This document shows, piece after piece, positions 1 through 9,754 of a DNA stretch of 49,270 nt. The stretch's first letter is position 1. Each line of letters opens with the position of its first letter. A model generated the notes under the pieces. The model did no database searches. It had not been told where the DNA came from and saw nothing but the letters and a program-made list of their open reading frames with translations. The translations under genes were made by a program, and so were the position numbers. Origin of the DNA: a bacterium (GTDB lineage: Bacteria; Actinomycetota; Coriobacteriia; Coriobacteriales; Coriobacteriaceae); assembly GCA_963613305.1 (NCBI GenBank), contig CAVDZW010000085.1:1-49270 (forward strand), written 5' to 3'.

Positions 1-55
1 CGACAAGGCCGCCGAGACCATGGCCGGCCTCTCGGGCACCCGCATCCACGAGTAG
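1..55 (+). CDS. arcC: 3' end of a carbamate kinase gene (upstream copy, truncated by the window edge)
   Basis: 55/55 nt identical to 12844-12898, encoding DKAAETMAGLSGTRIHE-stop. Confidence 0.9.
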   Translation, partial: DKAAETMAGLSGTRIHE

Positions 56-102
56 CCCCGGGCCCCGACCCGCCCGCTCCCCACGCACAAGGCCGCCTCT
101 CG

Positions 103-139
103 GCGCCCCGTTCGGCCCTCCGGCCGGGCGGGGCGCTTT
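103..139 (+). terminator. Intrinsic terminator after the upstream arcC copy
   Basis: Hairpin cgccccgttcggcc-ctcc-ggccgggcggggcg followed by cttt; same hairpin at 12974-13009. Confidence 0.65.
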
Positions 140-207
140 CGTATTCGAAGACAGTACGGCGTGCCGCCAAGCGATGGACCCTCCGGTCAGCGTGCGAAGC
201 CTTTTAG

Positions 208-1044
208 TTAGGTAAGCTCCTCTAAAAAGGCGAGTGCCTTCTCGTATGCTTCCTTGCCTGCAGGGTTCGCGGTGTCTCGATCAAAATCATGCTCGAGATA
301 GTAGACCTGATGCATAACGGCCTTCGGCGCTGAACGCCACAGGGCTTTCGATTGCCTGATGGGCACATCTTCATCGCCGGTGCTCGCGGTGATGAAGAGG
401 GGAGGCAGGGCGGCGATGTCTTCAGGAGATAGCGACCAGCGCATTATCTCGTCGTGGCCATCAAGCCCCATCATACGTAGCCATGAGTTTTCGTGCTGCC
501 GGGCGTATACGTAAAGGGAGAAACGCTTTGCTTTTGCTCCCGATGTCGGTATCTCGGCACCGTTCATCACGATGGCATCCACCTGCGCTGACGTTATTTC
601 GGGTAATGCCAGGTACCTCTTGGCGGGTTTTGAAAACGCGGGGTCCGCGAGGTCGTGGTAGCCGTAAAAGTCGAGGATCCCCAGCGGTTTGCGTGCTCCC
701 CGTCGATTAAGTTCGCGCTGCAGCATCAAGGCAAGGTAGGCACCGGCCGAACGGCCGAAGAGACACCATTCGCGGTACGTTCCCAGCTCAAGTGCATCGC
801 CTACCTGTTCCTTCCAGGTTGCGGTAAGCGATTCGAGCGTTTGCGGCAGGCTCGCCTCGGGCGCCAAGGGGTAGTCGGCACAGATAAGGGTATAGCCGGA
901 ATCGAGAATCATGTGGATGTAAGGGGTGGGCAGGTCATCTCGCTCTCCGTAGAGCATCCCTCCGCCATGGATATAGAACAGCGCGATTTTCTTATCGCAC
1001 GCGGGCAGGGGGCGGTGAACAGATATCAAGGGACTTTCGCTCAT
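208..1044 (-). CDS. Alpha/beta-hydrolase (HSL-like esterase/amidase)
   Basis: HGGG oxyanion motif, GRSAG nucleophile elbow, candidate Asp (DEDV) and His (LEHDF). ATGA overlap with the pucR-like stop. Confidence 0.85.
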   Translation of the reverse strand: MSESPLISVHRPLPACDKKIALFYIHGGGMLYGERDDLPTPYIHMILDSGYTLICADYPLAPEASLPQTLESLTATWKEQVGDALELGTYREWCLFGRSAGAYLALMLQRELNRRGARKPLGILDFYGYHDLADPAFSKPAKRYLALPEITSAQVDAIVMNGAEIPTSGAKAKRFSLYVYARQHENSWLRMMGLDGHDEIMRWSLSPEDIAALPPLFITASTGDEDVPIRQSKALWRSAPKAVMHQVYYLEHDFDRDTANPAGKEAYEKALAFLEELT

Positions 1045-2687
1045 GAATCGGACTCGCTTTCCTTTGCATTGTCGCCAGAGAGTGCGAGGATCTTCTCGCT
1101 TAGCAGCACCTGCAGAAAGTCATCGGGGTTCTTTACGTCGATTCCCGTGAGCTTGTGCACGCGATCGATGCGATATCGCACGGTTTTGGGGTGGACGAAC
1201 AACTGCTCGGCGGTTTTGGCATAGTCGAGACTGTTTTTGCAGAGCGTGGTGAGCGTGGTGAGCAGATCGGGATTTTTACGTGCGAGCATCGACAAACGAG
1301 GGTCGATGAACCGTTCGGTTTGCGAGAGGTCGTCTGCCATCAACAGGAGCTTAAAGATGCCGAGGTCGTCGAAGCGCATGCAGCGGTTACGGTACCTCGT
1401 TCCGCTGAAGAGCTTGTAGGCATCGATGATCTCGCTGCTCATGCGCGGGAACGAATAGCGGTCCGTTGTGCTGCTGAGAATGGCAAAGTACGTAAAGAGC
1501 GGTAGCGTCGAGGCGGAGTGAAGTTCCTTGAGCGCGTTGTCGATTACCGTCTGGTCAAATCCGCTAAGCGAACTGCGGAAATTATGGATGAAGACAAGGC
1601 GATCGCTGCTTTCGAAATAGACGATTCCCGGATAGAGGGTGCGTAGCTTACGGCGTATGGCCTGGTGGACCTCGTCCAGACGGTCGGCGTCGGTTGGGTC
1701 GGTGGGCTCAACGCGCACCAAGAGCGCCTCGTAAAGCGGAAAACGGTCGATTTCGAGCGTCGAGAGCGCCGCATCGATTTTCTCATGCGTGTTGTAGCGG
1801 TCGAGCAGCAGATCATGCACGAGATTGTTGTTCTGAAAGAACATCTTCTGCTTGATGGCGTTTTGCTTAAGGATCTCCATCTGCAGAAGGCTCACGACGT
1901 TTTCGATGGTCATAACGTCGAGCGGGGTGAGGGTAGCCCCTTCGTTGTGCATGATCAGATAGTAGTCTATATCGTCGGAGCTGGGGATGCGCACGCCCAG
2001 TGCCATCTCGGTAAGGGTCTGATGGTTGCGATCCCCATAGCCCTTGTCGTAGAACAGACGGGTGTCGAAGTAAGCATGTGTCTGGTAAGGGCTTGGATCG
2101 CGCCTGGTAAATGAGTACCCGGAGAACTTTGCGCGCTCTTGATCGGTCGATAGGCGGCGGTCTCGTGCTGTGTCCAGGTATGTCACATCGACATGCAAGG
2201 TGTTTTTGAGGGTGCTGAGGATGTAGGACACCGAGGGCTGTTTGAGTGCAAGCGCCATGAGATGGCGGTGAACCTCGTAAAAGCGGTTGAGAAGCGTGAG
2301 GTTGGAATCGAGGATGTGCCCCATCACATCCATCAAAATGGATTCGTACTTGATGCCGGGGGATAGCTGAATCAACGGCAGGTCGAAATCTTCGCAGAGT
2401 TCGATGACGTTTGCGGGCGCTTGCGCCATGAGGCGCTCGGGCTTGAAGGCGATCGCGGCGATGCCGATGGAGCTCATCGTGCGGAAGAATTGCGCAAGGT
2501 CCGCCTCGGCCAGGTTTTCGATGGCATAGAAGCTCGAGATTATGAGCTGTCCTTTTTTGCCCCAGTTCTCGATATCGGAAGCCTCGAGCACCATGGCGCT
2601 TCCCACCTCGTTTGCGAGGCCGCTTGCACCGGCTATGACTTGCGCATCGGCGAACGAGGGGAGCAGGAGCACGTCTTCTACATTCAT
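1041..2687 (-). CDS. PucR/CdaR-family transcriptional regulator
   Basis: N-terminal PucR ligand domain (VIAGASGL..V...MVLE) and C-terminal HTH (TAEQLFVHPKTVRYRI). Divergent from the fdrA operon. Confidence 0.9.
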   Translation of the reverse strand: MNVEDVLLLPSFADAQVIAGASGLANEVGSAMVLEASDIENWGKKGQLIISSFYAIENLAEADLAQFFRTMSSIGIAAIAFKPERLMAQAPANVIELCEDFDLPLIQLSPGIKYESILMDVMGHILDSNLTLLNRFYEVHRHLMALALKQPSVSYILSTLKNTLHVDVTYLDTARDRRLSTDQERAKFSGYSFTRRDPSPYQTHAYFDTRLFYDKGYGDRNHQTLTEMALGVRIPSSDDIDYYLIMHNEGATLTPLDVMTIENVVSLLQMEILKQNAIKQKMFFQNNNLVHDLLLDRYNTHEKIDAALSTLEIDRFPLYEALLVRVEPTDPTDADRLDEVHQAIRRKLRTLYPGIVYFESSDRLVFIHNFRSSLSGFDQTVIDNALKELHSASTLPLFTYFAILSSTTDRYSFPRMSSEIIDAYKLFSGTRYRNRCMRFDDLGIFKLLLMADDLSQTERFIDPRLSMLARKNPDLLTTLTTLCKNSLDYAKTAEQLFVHPKTVRYRIDRVHKLTGIDVKNPDDFLQVLLSEKILALSGDNAKESESDS

Positions 2688-2746
2688 GGCTCTCCTTCGT
2701 ACGGTACCTACAAGTGTAACGGGGTCACCTGAGGGGTCTTTTCCCG

Positions 2747-2776
2747 TTTAGGAAAATTAGCGCTGTCTAAATTAGC
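2747..2776. promoter_or_regulatory. Candidate PucR-type operator in the divergent intergenic region
   Basis: AT-rich patch with inverted tttag/ctaaa and a direct aaattagc pair (2754, 2769). Confidence 0.3.
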
Positions 2777-2917
2777 CGTGCGGTACATGAACGCATGTTG
2801 AGCGGATGAAAGAATGAGCCTCGTACAACGACGAACCCTCTACCCGGGACTTGAGGGCGCGTCACCATGTGCGTGAAGCACAGGCAGAAATCGAAAAGAT
2901 CCGAAGGAGGACATTCG

Positions 2918-5900
2918 ATGCTCAAGACCGTTGTAAAGCAGAATTCGTATCAGGATTCCATCAATCTGATGTTGTTGACCAACAAGATCAACACACTCGA
3001 CGGCGTCATCCAAAGCCAGATCATGATGGGTACCGATGCCAATAAGGATATCTATCAGGCGGCCGGCCTTCTGACCGATGAGGCCGCGGCCGCGGCGCCC
3101 AGCGATATGGTCATTGTGGTAGAAACCGACGACGAGAGCGTGATTGACACGGTGCTTGCCGAGACCGAGGCGTTTTTGGCTGACCTTTCGGTGAAGAAGG
3201 AGGCGGCGGGCGCTCCAGCCGAGGCAACGAGCTGGGAAGAGGCCATGGCCATGCTCCCCGATGCCAACATGGCGCTCTTTTCCATCCCTGGCGAGTATGC
3301 AGCTCCTGAGCTCGAGCGTGCGCTCGACCTTGGACTCAACGTCTTCTCGTTCACCGATAACGTTGCCCTCGAGGACGAGGTGCGCCTGAAGCAGAAGGCA
3401 CATGAGAAGGGGCTTCTCTTCATGGGCCCCGACTGCGGCACCGGCGTGGTGTCGAGCGTGCCTGTGGCATTCACCAACGTCATCAACCCCGGCAACATCG
3501 GCATCGTGGGCGCATCGGGCACCGGCATCCAGGAGGTCACGTGCGTGATCGACCGTTTGGGCGAGGGCTGCGTGCACGCCATCGGCACCGGTGGACGCGA
3601 CCTCAACGAGCGCGTGGGCGCCGTGACGGTTAAGGACGCCATCGTCGCTCTTGAGCATCACGACCCCACCGACGTTATCTGCGTTATTTCCAAGCCGCCC
3701 GCGCCTGAGGTGCGCGACGAGGTCGTCGACCTGCTCGAGAAGTGCTCTAAGCCCGTCGTCGCCATCTTTATCGGCGAGAAGCCCGAGGCCCACTTGGGCA
3801 AGGTGCACCTGGCGCATACTCTCGAGGAGTGCGCGCGCATCGCCGTCGACCTTGCTCGCGGCGAGCAGGTAAAGAAGAACTACACCGAGCCGCTCGATGT
3901 TGAGGTCGAGACTCCGCTGGGCGACGACAAGACCGTCATCGGCCTGTATTCCGGCGGTACGCTCGCGGGCGAGGCTGCCATGATGATCACCGAGGCGCTT
4001 GATCTCGGCCACATTATCAAGGAAGACGGCTACATGCTGCGCCATGGTGGCTATGACGTCATCGACCTGGGCGACGACGTGTATACCCAGGGTCGTCCGC
4101 ACCCCATGATTGATCCCGAGGTCCGCATCAAGATGATGCGCGACTACTCCGCCATGGACACCACGGGTGTCATCGTCTTCGATTGTGTGCTGGGCTATGG
4201 CTGCCATCCCGATATGGCCTCTGAGCTCGCCCCCGTCATCTCAGAGTGCATCGAGAGGGCAAAGGCCGACGGACGCGATGTCAAGTTCGTCGGCACCGTG
4301 GTGGGCACCAAGCACGATCCGCAGGATTATGACCGTTCGGTCGAGATCCTTCGCGAGGCGGGCGCCATCGTCGAGTCGAGCAACGCGCGCGCTGTGCGCG
4401 CCGCGCTCGCCTTCAAGGGCATCGACTACGCCGAGGCCGATCGCGAGACCGTGCCGTACGAGGTGAAGGACGACTCCCCGCTGCCCGAGCCTTCCGAGGC
4501 CGTCATGGAGCTCCTCACCACCAAGCCGCGCGTCATCAACGTGGGTGTCGAGAGCTTCAACGACCCGCTGCGCACCTACGGCGCCCAGAGCGTCCAGTAC
4601 ACCTGGAAGCCCAAGGCCGGCGGCAACAAGCGCATGATCCATCTGCTCAACGAACTCGACAAGGTCGAAGGCATCGATGAGGCCAACGAGCGTATCTGCC
4701 AGCGCTTCCGTGAGTCTCAGCCGCAGCTCGTCGACGTCGTGGTGGCCAAGGACGTTATCCCTGAACTCAACCGCGCGCAGAAGACGCTCTTGCACGCCGG
4801 TCCTCCCATCACCTGGGAGAACATGCAGGGCCCGATGAGGGGCTCGTGCATCGGCGCCGCGCTCTTTGAGGGCTGGGCCGAGACCGAGGAGGAGGCGCTC
4901 GCGCTCCTCGAGGCTGGCGAGGTGGAGTTCATCCCCTGTCACCACTGCCATGCCGTGGGCCCCATGGGCGGCATCACCTCCGCCAACATGGCCGTGCTCA
5001 AGGTCGTCAACCTTGCTGATGACACGGTTGCCTACTGCACCATGAACGAGGGCATCGGCAAGGTGCTGCGCTTCGGTGCCTATAGCCAGGAGGTCGTGGA
5101 CCGTCTTCACTGGATGGCCGACGAGCTCGGGCCTGTGCTCGCCAAGGCGCTCAAGCTCTCCGATGGCGGCATCAACCTCAACGTGCTCATGGCGCGCGCC
5201 ATCACCCAGGGCGATGAGTTCCACCAGCGCAACATGGCCGCCACGCTCAACTTCGTCAAGGAGATGGCGCCGCTCATCGTCCAGACCGATGTGGATGAGG
5301 ACGCCAAGCAGCGCGTTATCCAGTTCCTTTGCGATACCGACCAATTCTTCCTTAACGTCATGATGGCCACGGGCAAGTCGATCGTCGATTACGTGCGCAA
5401 GGACCAGGAAGGCTGCATCGTTTCAACCATGACGCGCAATGGCTACGAGTTCGGTGTGCGCGTGTCCGGCTTGGGCGACGAGTGGTTCACCGCCCCCGTC
5501 AACACGCCGGTCGGCCTCTACTTCACGGGCTTTTCCGAGGAGGACGGCTGCCCCGACAACGGCGACTCCGCCATCTGCGAGACCGTGGGCGTTGGCGGCA
5601 TGGCCATGGTGGCCGCCCCGGGCGTCACGCGCTTTGTCGGTGCCGGCGGCTTTGAGGACGCGCTCAACATCTCCAACGAGATGGAGAAGATCTGTGTGGC
5701 GCATAACCCCAACTGGGCTATCCCCACGTGGGACTTCAAGGGCGCTTGCCTGGGCATCGACATTCGTAAGGTCGTTGCCACGGGTATCACCCCGCTTATC
5801 AACACCGGTATTGCGCACAAGAAGGCCGGAATCGGCCAGGTGGGCGCGGGTACCGTGCGAGCACCGCTGGCTTGCTTCGAGAAAGCGCTCGAGGCCTACT

Positions 5901-5923
5901 GCGCCAAGCTCGGAATCGAGTAG
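2918..5923 (+). CDS. fdrA: Fused FdrA (AllF)-YlbE/YahG (AllG, DUF1116) protein, oxamate transcarbamoylase-like subunits
   Basis: FdrA motifs YQDSINLM, MGPDCGT, GIVGASGTGIQE, GRPHPMIDP. YlbE half from ~4670 (LHAGPP, CH...VGPMGG, GDEFHQRN, GDSAICET). RBS aaggagg precedes ATG 2918. Confidence 0.9.
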   Translation: MLKTVVKQNSYQDSINLMLLTNKINTLDGVIQSQIMMGTDANKDIYQAAGLLTDEAAAAAPSDMVIVVETDDESVIDTVLAETEAFLADLSVKKEAAGAPAEATSWEEAMAMLPDANMALFSIPGEYAAPELERALDLGLNVFSFTDNVALEDEVRLKQKAHEKGLLFMGPDCGTGVVSSVPVAFTNVINPGNIGIVGASGTGIQEVTCVIDRLGEGCVHAIGTGGRDLNERVGAVTVKDAIVALEHHDPTDVICVISKPPAPEVRDEVVDLLEKCSKPVVAIFIGEKPEAHLGKVHLAHTLEECARIAVDLARGEQVKKNYTEPLDVEVETPLGDDKTVIGLYSGGTLAGEAAMMITEALDLGHIIKEDGYMLRHGGYDVIDLGDDVYTQGRPHPMIDPEVRIKMMRDYSAMDTTGVIVFDCVLGYGCHPDMASELAPVISECIERAKADGRDVKFVGTVVGTKHDPQDYDRSVEILREAGAIVESSNARAVRAALAFKGIDYAEADRETVPYEVKDDSPLPEPSEAVMELLTTKPRVINVGVESFNDPLRTYGAQSVQYTWKPKAGGNKRMIHLLNELDKVEGIDEANERICQRFRESQPQLVDVVVAKDVIPELNRAQKTLLHAGPPITWENMQGPMRGSCIGAALFEGWAETEEEALALLEAGEVEFIPCHHCHAVGPMGGITSANMAVLKVVNLADDTVAYCTMNEGIGKVLRFGAYSQEVVDRLHWMADELGPVLAKALKLSDGGINLNVLMARAITQGDEFHQRNMAATLNFVKEMAPLIVQTDVDEDAKQRVIQFLCDTDQFFLNVMMATGKSIVDYVRKDQEGCIVSTMTRNGYEFGVRVSGLGDEWFTAPVNTPVGLYFTGFSEEDGCPDNGDSAICETVGVGGMAMVAAPGVTRFVGAGGFEDALNISNEMEKICVAHNPNWAIPTWDFKGACLGIDIRKVVATGITPLINTGIAHKKAGIGQVGAGTVRAPLACFEKALEAYCAKLGIE

Positions 5924-5932
5924 GCGAGACGC

Positions 5933-6823
5933 ATGATTGTTTCCCTGGCGAGCGACTATACCCTGGAGCATATCCGGGGGCGGGTGCGCGGATGCGTGCA
6001 TAGCACGTTTGCGACGAGCTTCAACGTCGAGTTGGATGGCTTCTTGCTCCATGTGGGGCAGAGCGTTCAGGCGCTCTCCTGCCTGGGCGTTGCGGTCGCT
6101 CCCGGGGAAATGCAGGAGCTGCTCGATGTGATCGAGCGCGGCGACCGTGCGATTGTGCGCGATGGCGTGCTGCGTCTGTACGGGCGCTATGGCATGGGGC
6201 AGATCGAGCTTTCTGGGGCGCCGGTGCGTGCCTGTCGGGTTCTTTCGCGCAAAGATTCGATGGCGGAGGGCCTCGATCTGTCTGTCTACCGTGCTCTTGA
6301 GCAGTTCGACCTGCTTTCGCTCATGGGACTTCCCGAGTGCGCGCACACCACGCGTGCCATCTCGGAACTCGCGCGGTATTCGTCCATTTGCGCAGCGCAG
6401 TCTGCGGGTGCGGATGATATCGACCCCATGCGCATCGCCGCGGCCGAGCGCGCACTTTCCGGTGCGGTCGAGTACCTGGTCGGGCGCGGTCTGGGGCTCA
6501 CCCCTTCGGGTGACGACGTGCTCTGCGGGTTCGGATGCGGCCTTGCGTACCTCTACGGGGGCGTGCTCCCTTCGGGGGTTGAGGTTTTTCGCCAAGTGGT
6601 GTCCGAGAACGTTGAGGGGAGAGCCACTGCGGTGAGCGAGGCATATCTGCGAGCCATGCTCGATGGCTGCGCCAACGCCGACTACCTTGACGTTCTCGGC
6701 GCGCTCGATAGCGATGACACCGGTGCGCTCAATGCGCTCTTCGAACGGGTTCTTGCTACGGGCCACACGTCGGGTGCAGACAGCCTGCTCGGGTTCGCGG
6801 CAGCCTTCTGCTGCTTGTTCTAA
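5933..6823 (+). CDS. ylbF: DUF2877 / YlbF (AllH) family protein
   Basis: LVGRGLGLTPSGDD and GHTSGAD motifs; directly after fdrA-ylbE as in E. coli allFGH. Confidence 0.85.
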   Translation: MIVSLASDYTLEHIRGRVRGCVHSTFATSFNVELDGFLLHVGQSVQALSCLGVAVAPGEMQELLDVIERGDRAIVRDGVLRLYGRYGMGQIELSGAPVRACRVLSRKDSMAEGLDLSVYRALEQFDLLSLMGLPECAHTTRAISELARYSSICAAQSAGADDIDPMRIAAAERALSGAVEYLVGRGLGLTPSGDDVLCGFGCGLAYLYGGVLPSGVEVFRQVVSENVEGRATAVSEAYLRAMLDGCANADYLDVLGALDSDDTGALNALFERVLATGHTSGADSLLGFAAAFCCLF

Positions 6824-6871
6824 TAAACGTTTCACGGCGTTTTAGATAGGAAAAGAGAGAAAGGAAAAGGA

Positions 6872-8119
6872 ATGGCAACTGAGGAAAAGAAAAAGAAAGG
6901 GCCCGATATTACCGTCTGGCTTCTCATCTCGATGATTGCGGCCGTGATCGTCGGCCTTGTCGTGGGCGAGCCCATGCAGAACATACAGTTCATCGGCGAT
7001 ATCTTCTTCCGCCTGATTCAGATGACCATCCCTATCTTCATCCTGTGCACGATCGTCAAGTCGGTAGGAGGTTTGACTCCGCAGACGCTTTCGGGCATCG
7101 GCCTCAAGGGCATCATCGTCTTTATCGTCAGTACCGGTATCGCCGCTGCGGTGGGCATCAGCCTTGCAGTCACCCTTCAGCCTGGCAGCGGCCTCGAGGG
7201 TTCTGCCATCGTCAAGAACGCGTCGTATGACGGCGAGGCCACGGCCATGGCGTCCATTCAGGAAACCATCACCGGCTTTTTCGGCAACAACATCGTCGCG
7301 TCGCTCTCTAACGGTTCGATGATCCAGATCATCATCTTCGCTGTCGCGTTCGGCCTGGTCATCAGCTTCTGGCGCCACGAGCACGACGGTGAGTGCCTGG
7401 CCTACGACCTGTGCTGCGAGGTTTCCGACCTGCTGCTCAACATCATCCGAGCGGTCATGAAGATCGCCCCGATCGGCATCTTCTGCTACGTGTCCGCCAT
7501 GATCGGCACCCTCGGCTACGACGTGCTGCTGCCGCTGGGCAAGTACTTCGTCGTCATGCTCCTGGGCATGGGCATCATGTTCGCCGCCTACTTCATCGTC
7601 GTTCCGCTGTACTGCCGCGTGAGCCCGCTTAAGCTCGCCAAGAAGATGCTGCGCATGACCGTCACGGCCTTCACCACCATCTCCTCTGCTATTACGCTGC
7701 CTACCGCCATGGAGGATGCTAAGAACAAGATCGGAATTCGCGAGGACATCGTCGACGTGCTTCTGCCCCTCGGCGTGCCTCTGAACTCCAACGGCGTGGC
7801 CGTGCACATGGCGGTCGACGCCCTCTGCATCGCTCAGATGTACGGTGTGCACTTTGGTCCCAGCGACCTTCTGACCGTGTGGGTCATCTGCACCATGATT
7901 GCGTTCGTCAACGCGGCTACCCCTGGCGCATCGCTCGTGTCGCTCACCATGATGGTCCCGGCGCTCAACCTGCCCATGGCCGCGATCGGCATCTTCGGTG
8001 GCCTCGAGTATCCCACGGGTGCTTCCCGCACCCCGCTCAACGTCGACGGCGACGTCTTTGCGGCCATGCTCGTTGCTGGTCCTGACGGCATCGATCACGA
8101 GATCTTCGACGCGGATTAA
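6872..8119 (+). CDS. Dicarboxylate/amino acid:cation symporter (DAACS) paralog 1
   Basis: GDIFFRLIQM, APIGIF, SSAITLP, NSNG (NMDG position), RTPLNVDGD. Confidence 0.9.
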   Translation: MATEEKKKKGPDITVWLLISMIAAVIVGLVVGEPMQNIQFIGDIFFRLIQMTIPIFILCTIVKSVGGLTPQTLSGIGLKGIIVFIVSTGIAAAVGISLAVTLQPGSGLEGSAIVKNASYDGEATAMASIQETITGFFGNNIVASLSNGSMIQIIIFAVAFGLVISFWRHEHDGECLAYDLCCEVSDLLLNIIRAVMKIAPIGIFCYVSAMIGTLGYDVLLPLGKYFVVMLLGMGIMFAAYFIVVPLYCRVSPLKLAKKMLRMTVTAFTTISSAITLPTAMEDAKNKIGIREDIVDVLLPLGVPLNSNGVAVHMAVDALCIAQMYGVHFGPSDLLTVWVICTMIAFVNAATPGASLVSLTMMVPALNLPMAAIGIFGGLEYPTGASRTPLNVDGDVFAAMLVAGPDGIDHEIFDAD

Positions 8120-8344
8120 GGCAGCTCGCCGATTCGTGTGCCCGCCAGTTTTTGGCGGTACGGGGCGTAAGGACTAGACGCCCCGCCCGATGCGCTGCGG
8201 CTTCGTATCGGGCGGTCCCCACTCGGACCTAAAAGCCAAGTCGGCGCGCCTCGGCCGATGCCGAGGCGCCCGGCGGCTCCTTTTGGGAGTTTGTTTCGTC
8301 CACTTCTATGGGAAAGAGCGGTTTCCCGAGGGACAGTGATTTCA

Positions 8345-9616
8345 ATGGCTCAAGAAACAACCACTAAAGCCAAGCATTTTAAGTACAATCCCACTGCAGC
8401 CATGGTCATTGCCATGGTGGCGGGTGTCATCGTCGGCCTTATTGCCGGGCCCGTGATGTCGAACATTCAGTTCATCGGCAATATCTTCTTTCGCCTGGTG
8501 CAGATGGGCATCGTGCCCTTTGTGATGTGCGAGATCGTCGGCGCTATCGGCTCGCTCAGCAAAAAGGAGCTCGCCGGTATCGGCCTTAAGGCGACGATCG
8601 CCTTCCTGACTTCTTCACTCCTCGCGTCGGCATTCGGCATCCTGTGCACCGTGGTGTTCAAACCGGGTGCGGGCCTTGCCAACACCAGCCTGGTACAGTC
8701 GGCGACCACCGATCTCGAGGCGACGTCGGTGAGCATCACCGACACCATCACCGATTTCTTCCCGTCCAACATCATCGGGTCAATTGGTTCGGGCGCTATG
8801 GTACCCTGCATCGTCTTTGCCATCTTTTTCGGTATCGCCATCATCCTGGTGCGCGAGAAGAACGACGGCGTGTGCCCTGTCTACGACTGGGTGCTGAACC
8901 TCAACGAGATCTTGCTTGAGATCATCAAGGTCGTCATGAACGTCGCTCCTATCGGCATCTTCTCTTACGTATCGGCTTCGGTTGGTTCGCTCGGTTTTGA
9001 CGTACTCATCGCTATCGGGCGCTACATCCTGGTGCTTGCCGGTGCCACGCTCGTCTTTACCTTTGCTTGGTTCATCGTGGTGGGCGTGCGCTGCCGCCTG
9101 AGCATTCCCAAGCTCATGAGCAAGATGATCCCGATGTCCGTTATGGCGGCGGCCACCATCTCGTCTGCGGTCACCCTGCCCATGGAAATGGAAGACGCCA
9201 AGAACAAAATCGGCCTACGCCGTGACATCGCCGATTTGGTTCTTCCTCTGGGCGTGCCGCTCAACTCCAACGGTTCCGCGCTGCATATGGCCGTGACCGC
9301 CATCTTCGTGTCGCAGATGTATGACATGGAGTTCGCGGGGTCGGCGCTTATCGTGGTCTGCGTCATTGCCTGGTTGCTTTCGCTTGCCAACGCGGTCGCT
9401 CCGGGTGCCACGATGATCTCGCTCACCATGCTCATCCCGGCACTCGGCCTGCCGCTGCAGGCAGTGGCCATCCTTGGCGGCCTTGAGTACATCGTTGCCG
9501 CCATCCGTACCACGCTGAACGTCAACTCCGATGTCTTCTGCGCCCTTTTAGTTGCTGCGGGAGAAGACGGCATCGATCGCGAGGTCTTCGACGGAACCAA
9601 GGTCGCCCAGGAGTAG
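8345..9616 (+). CDS. DAACS symporter paralog 2
   Basis: GNIFFRLVQM, APIGIF, SSAVTLP, NSNG, RTTLNVNSD. Start at ATG 8345 chosen by homology to paralog 1. Confidence 0.88.
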   Translation: MAQETTTKAKHFKYNPTAAMVIAMVAGVIVGLIAGPVMSNIQFIGNIFFRLVQMGIVPFVMCEIVGAIGSLSKKELAGIGLKATIAFLTSSLLASAFGILCTVVFKPGAGLANTSLVQSATTDLEATSVSITDTITDFFPSNIIGSIGSGAMVPCIVFAIFFGIAIILVREKNDGVCPVYDWVLNLNEILLEIIKVVMNVAPIGIFSYVSASVGSLGFDVLIAIGRYILVLAGATLVFTFAWFIVVGVRCRLSIPKLMSKMIPMSVMAAATISSAVTLPMEMEDAKNKIGLRRDIADLVLPLGVPLNSNGSALHMAVTAIFVSQMYDMEFAGSALIVVCVIAWLLSLANAVAPGATMISLTMLIPALGLPLQAVAILGGLEYIVAAIRTTLNVNSDVFCALLVAAGEDGIDREVFDGTKVAQE

Positions 9617-9754
9617 GACTGAAGGGATTTTGGGCCGGTGGTCCCCTGTCTCGTTTGCGCAAGGGGCCGTATGTTTCGGTAGCGCACTCAGCGCATGCCG
9701 GTCGTTGGAATTCGATTTGTTTTTATTGCTTCGTTATGGCTATTGGAGGTCATG

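Larger units (their letters stand above)
1..146 (+). repeat. Direct repeat copy 1 (arcC 3' end plus terminator region)
   Basis: Aligns to 12844-13014. Coding part identical; 3' UTR similar, with about 27 extra nt in copy 2. Confidence 0.9.
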
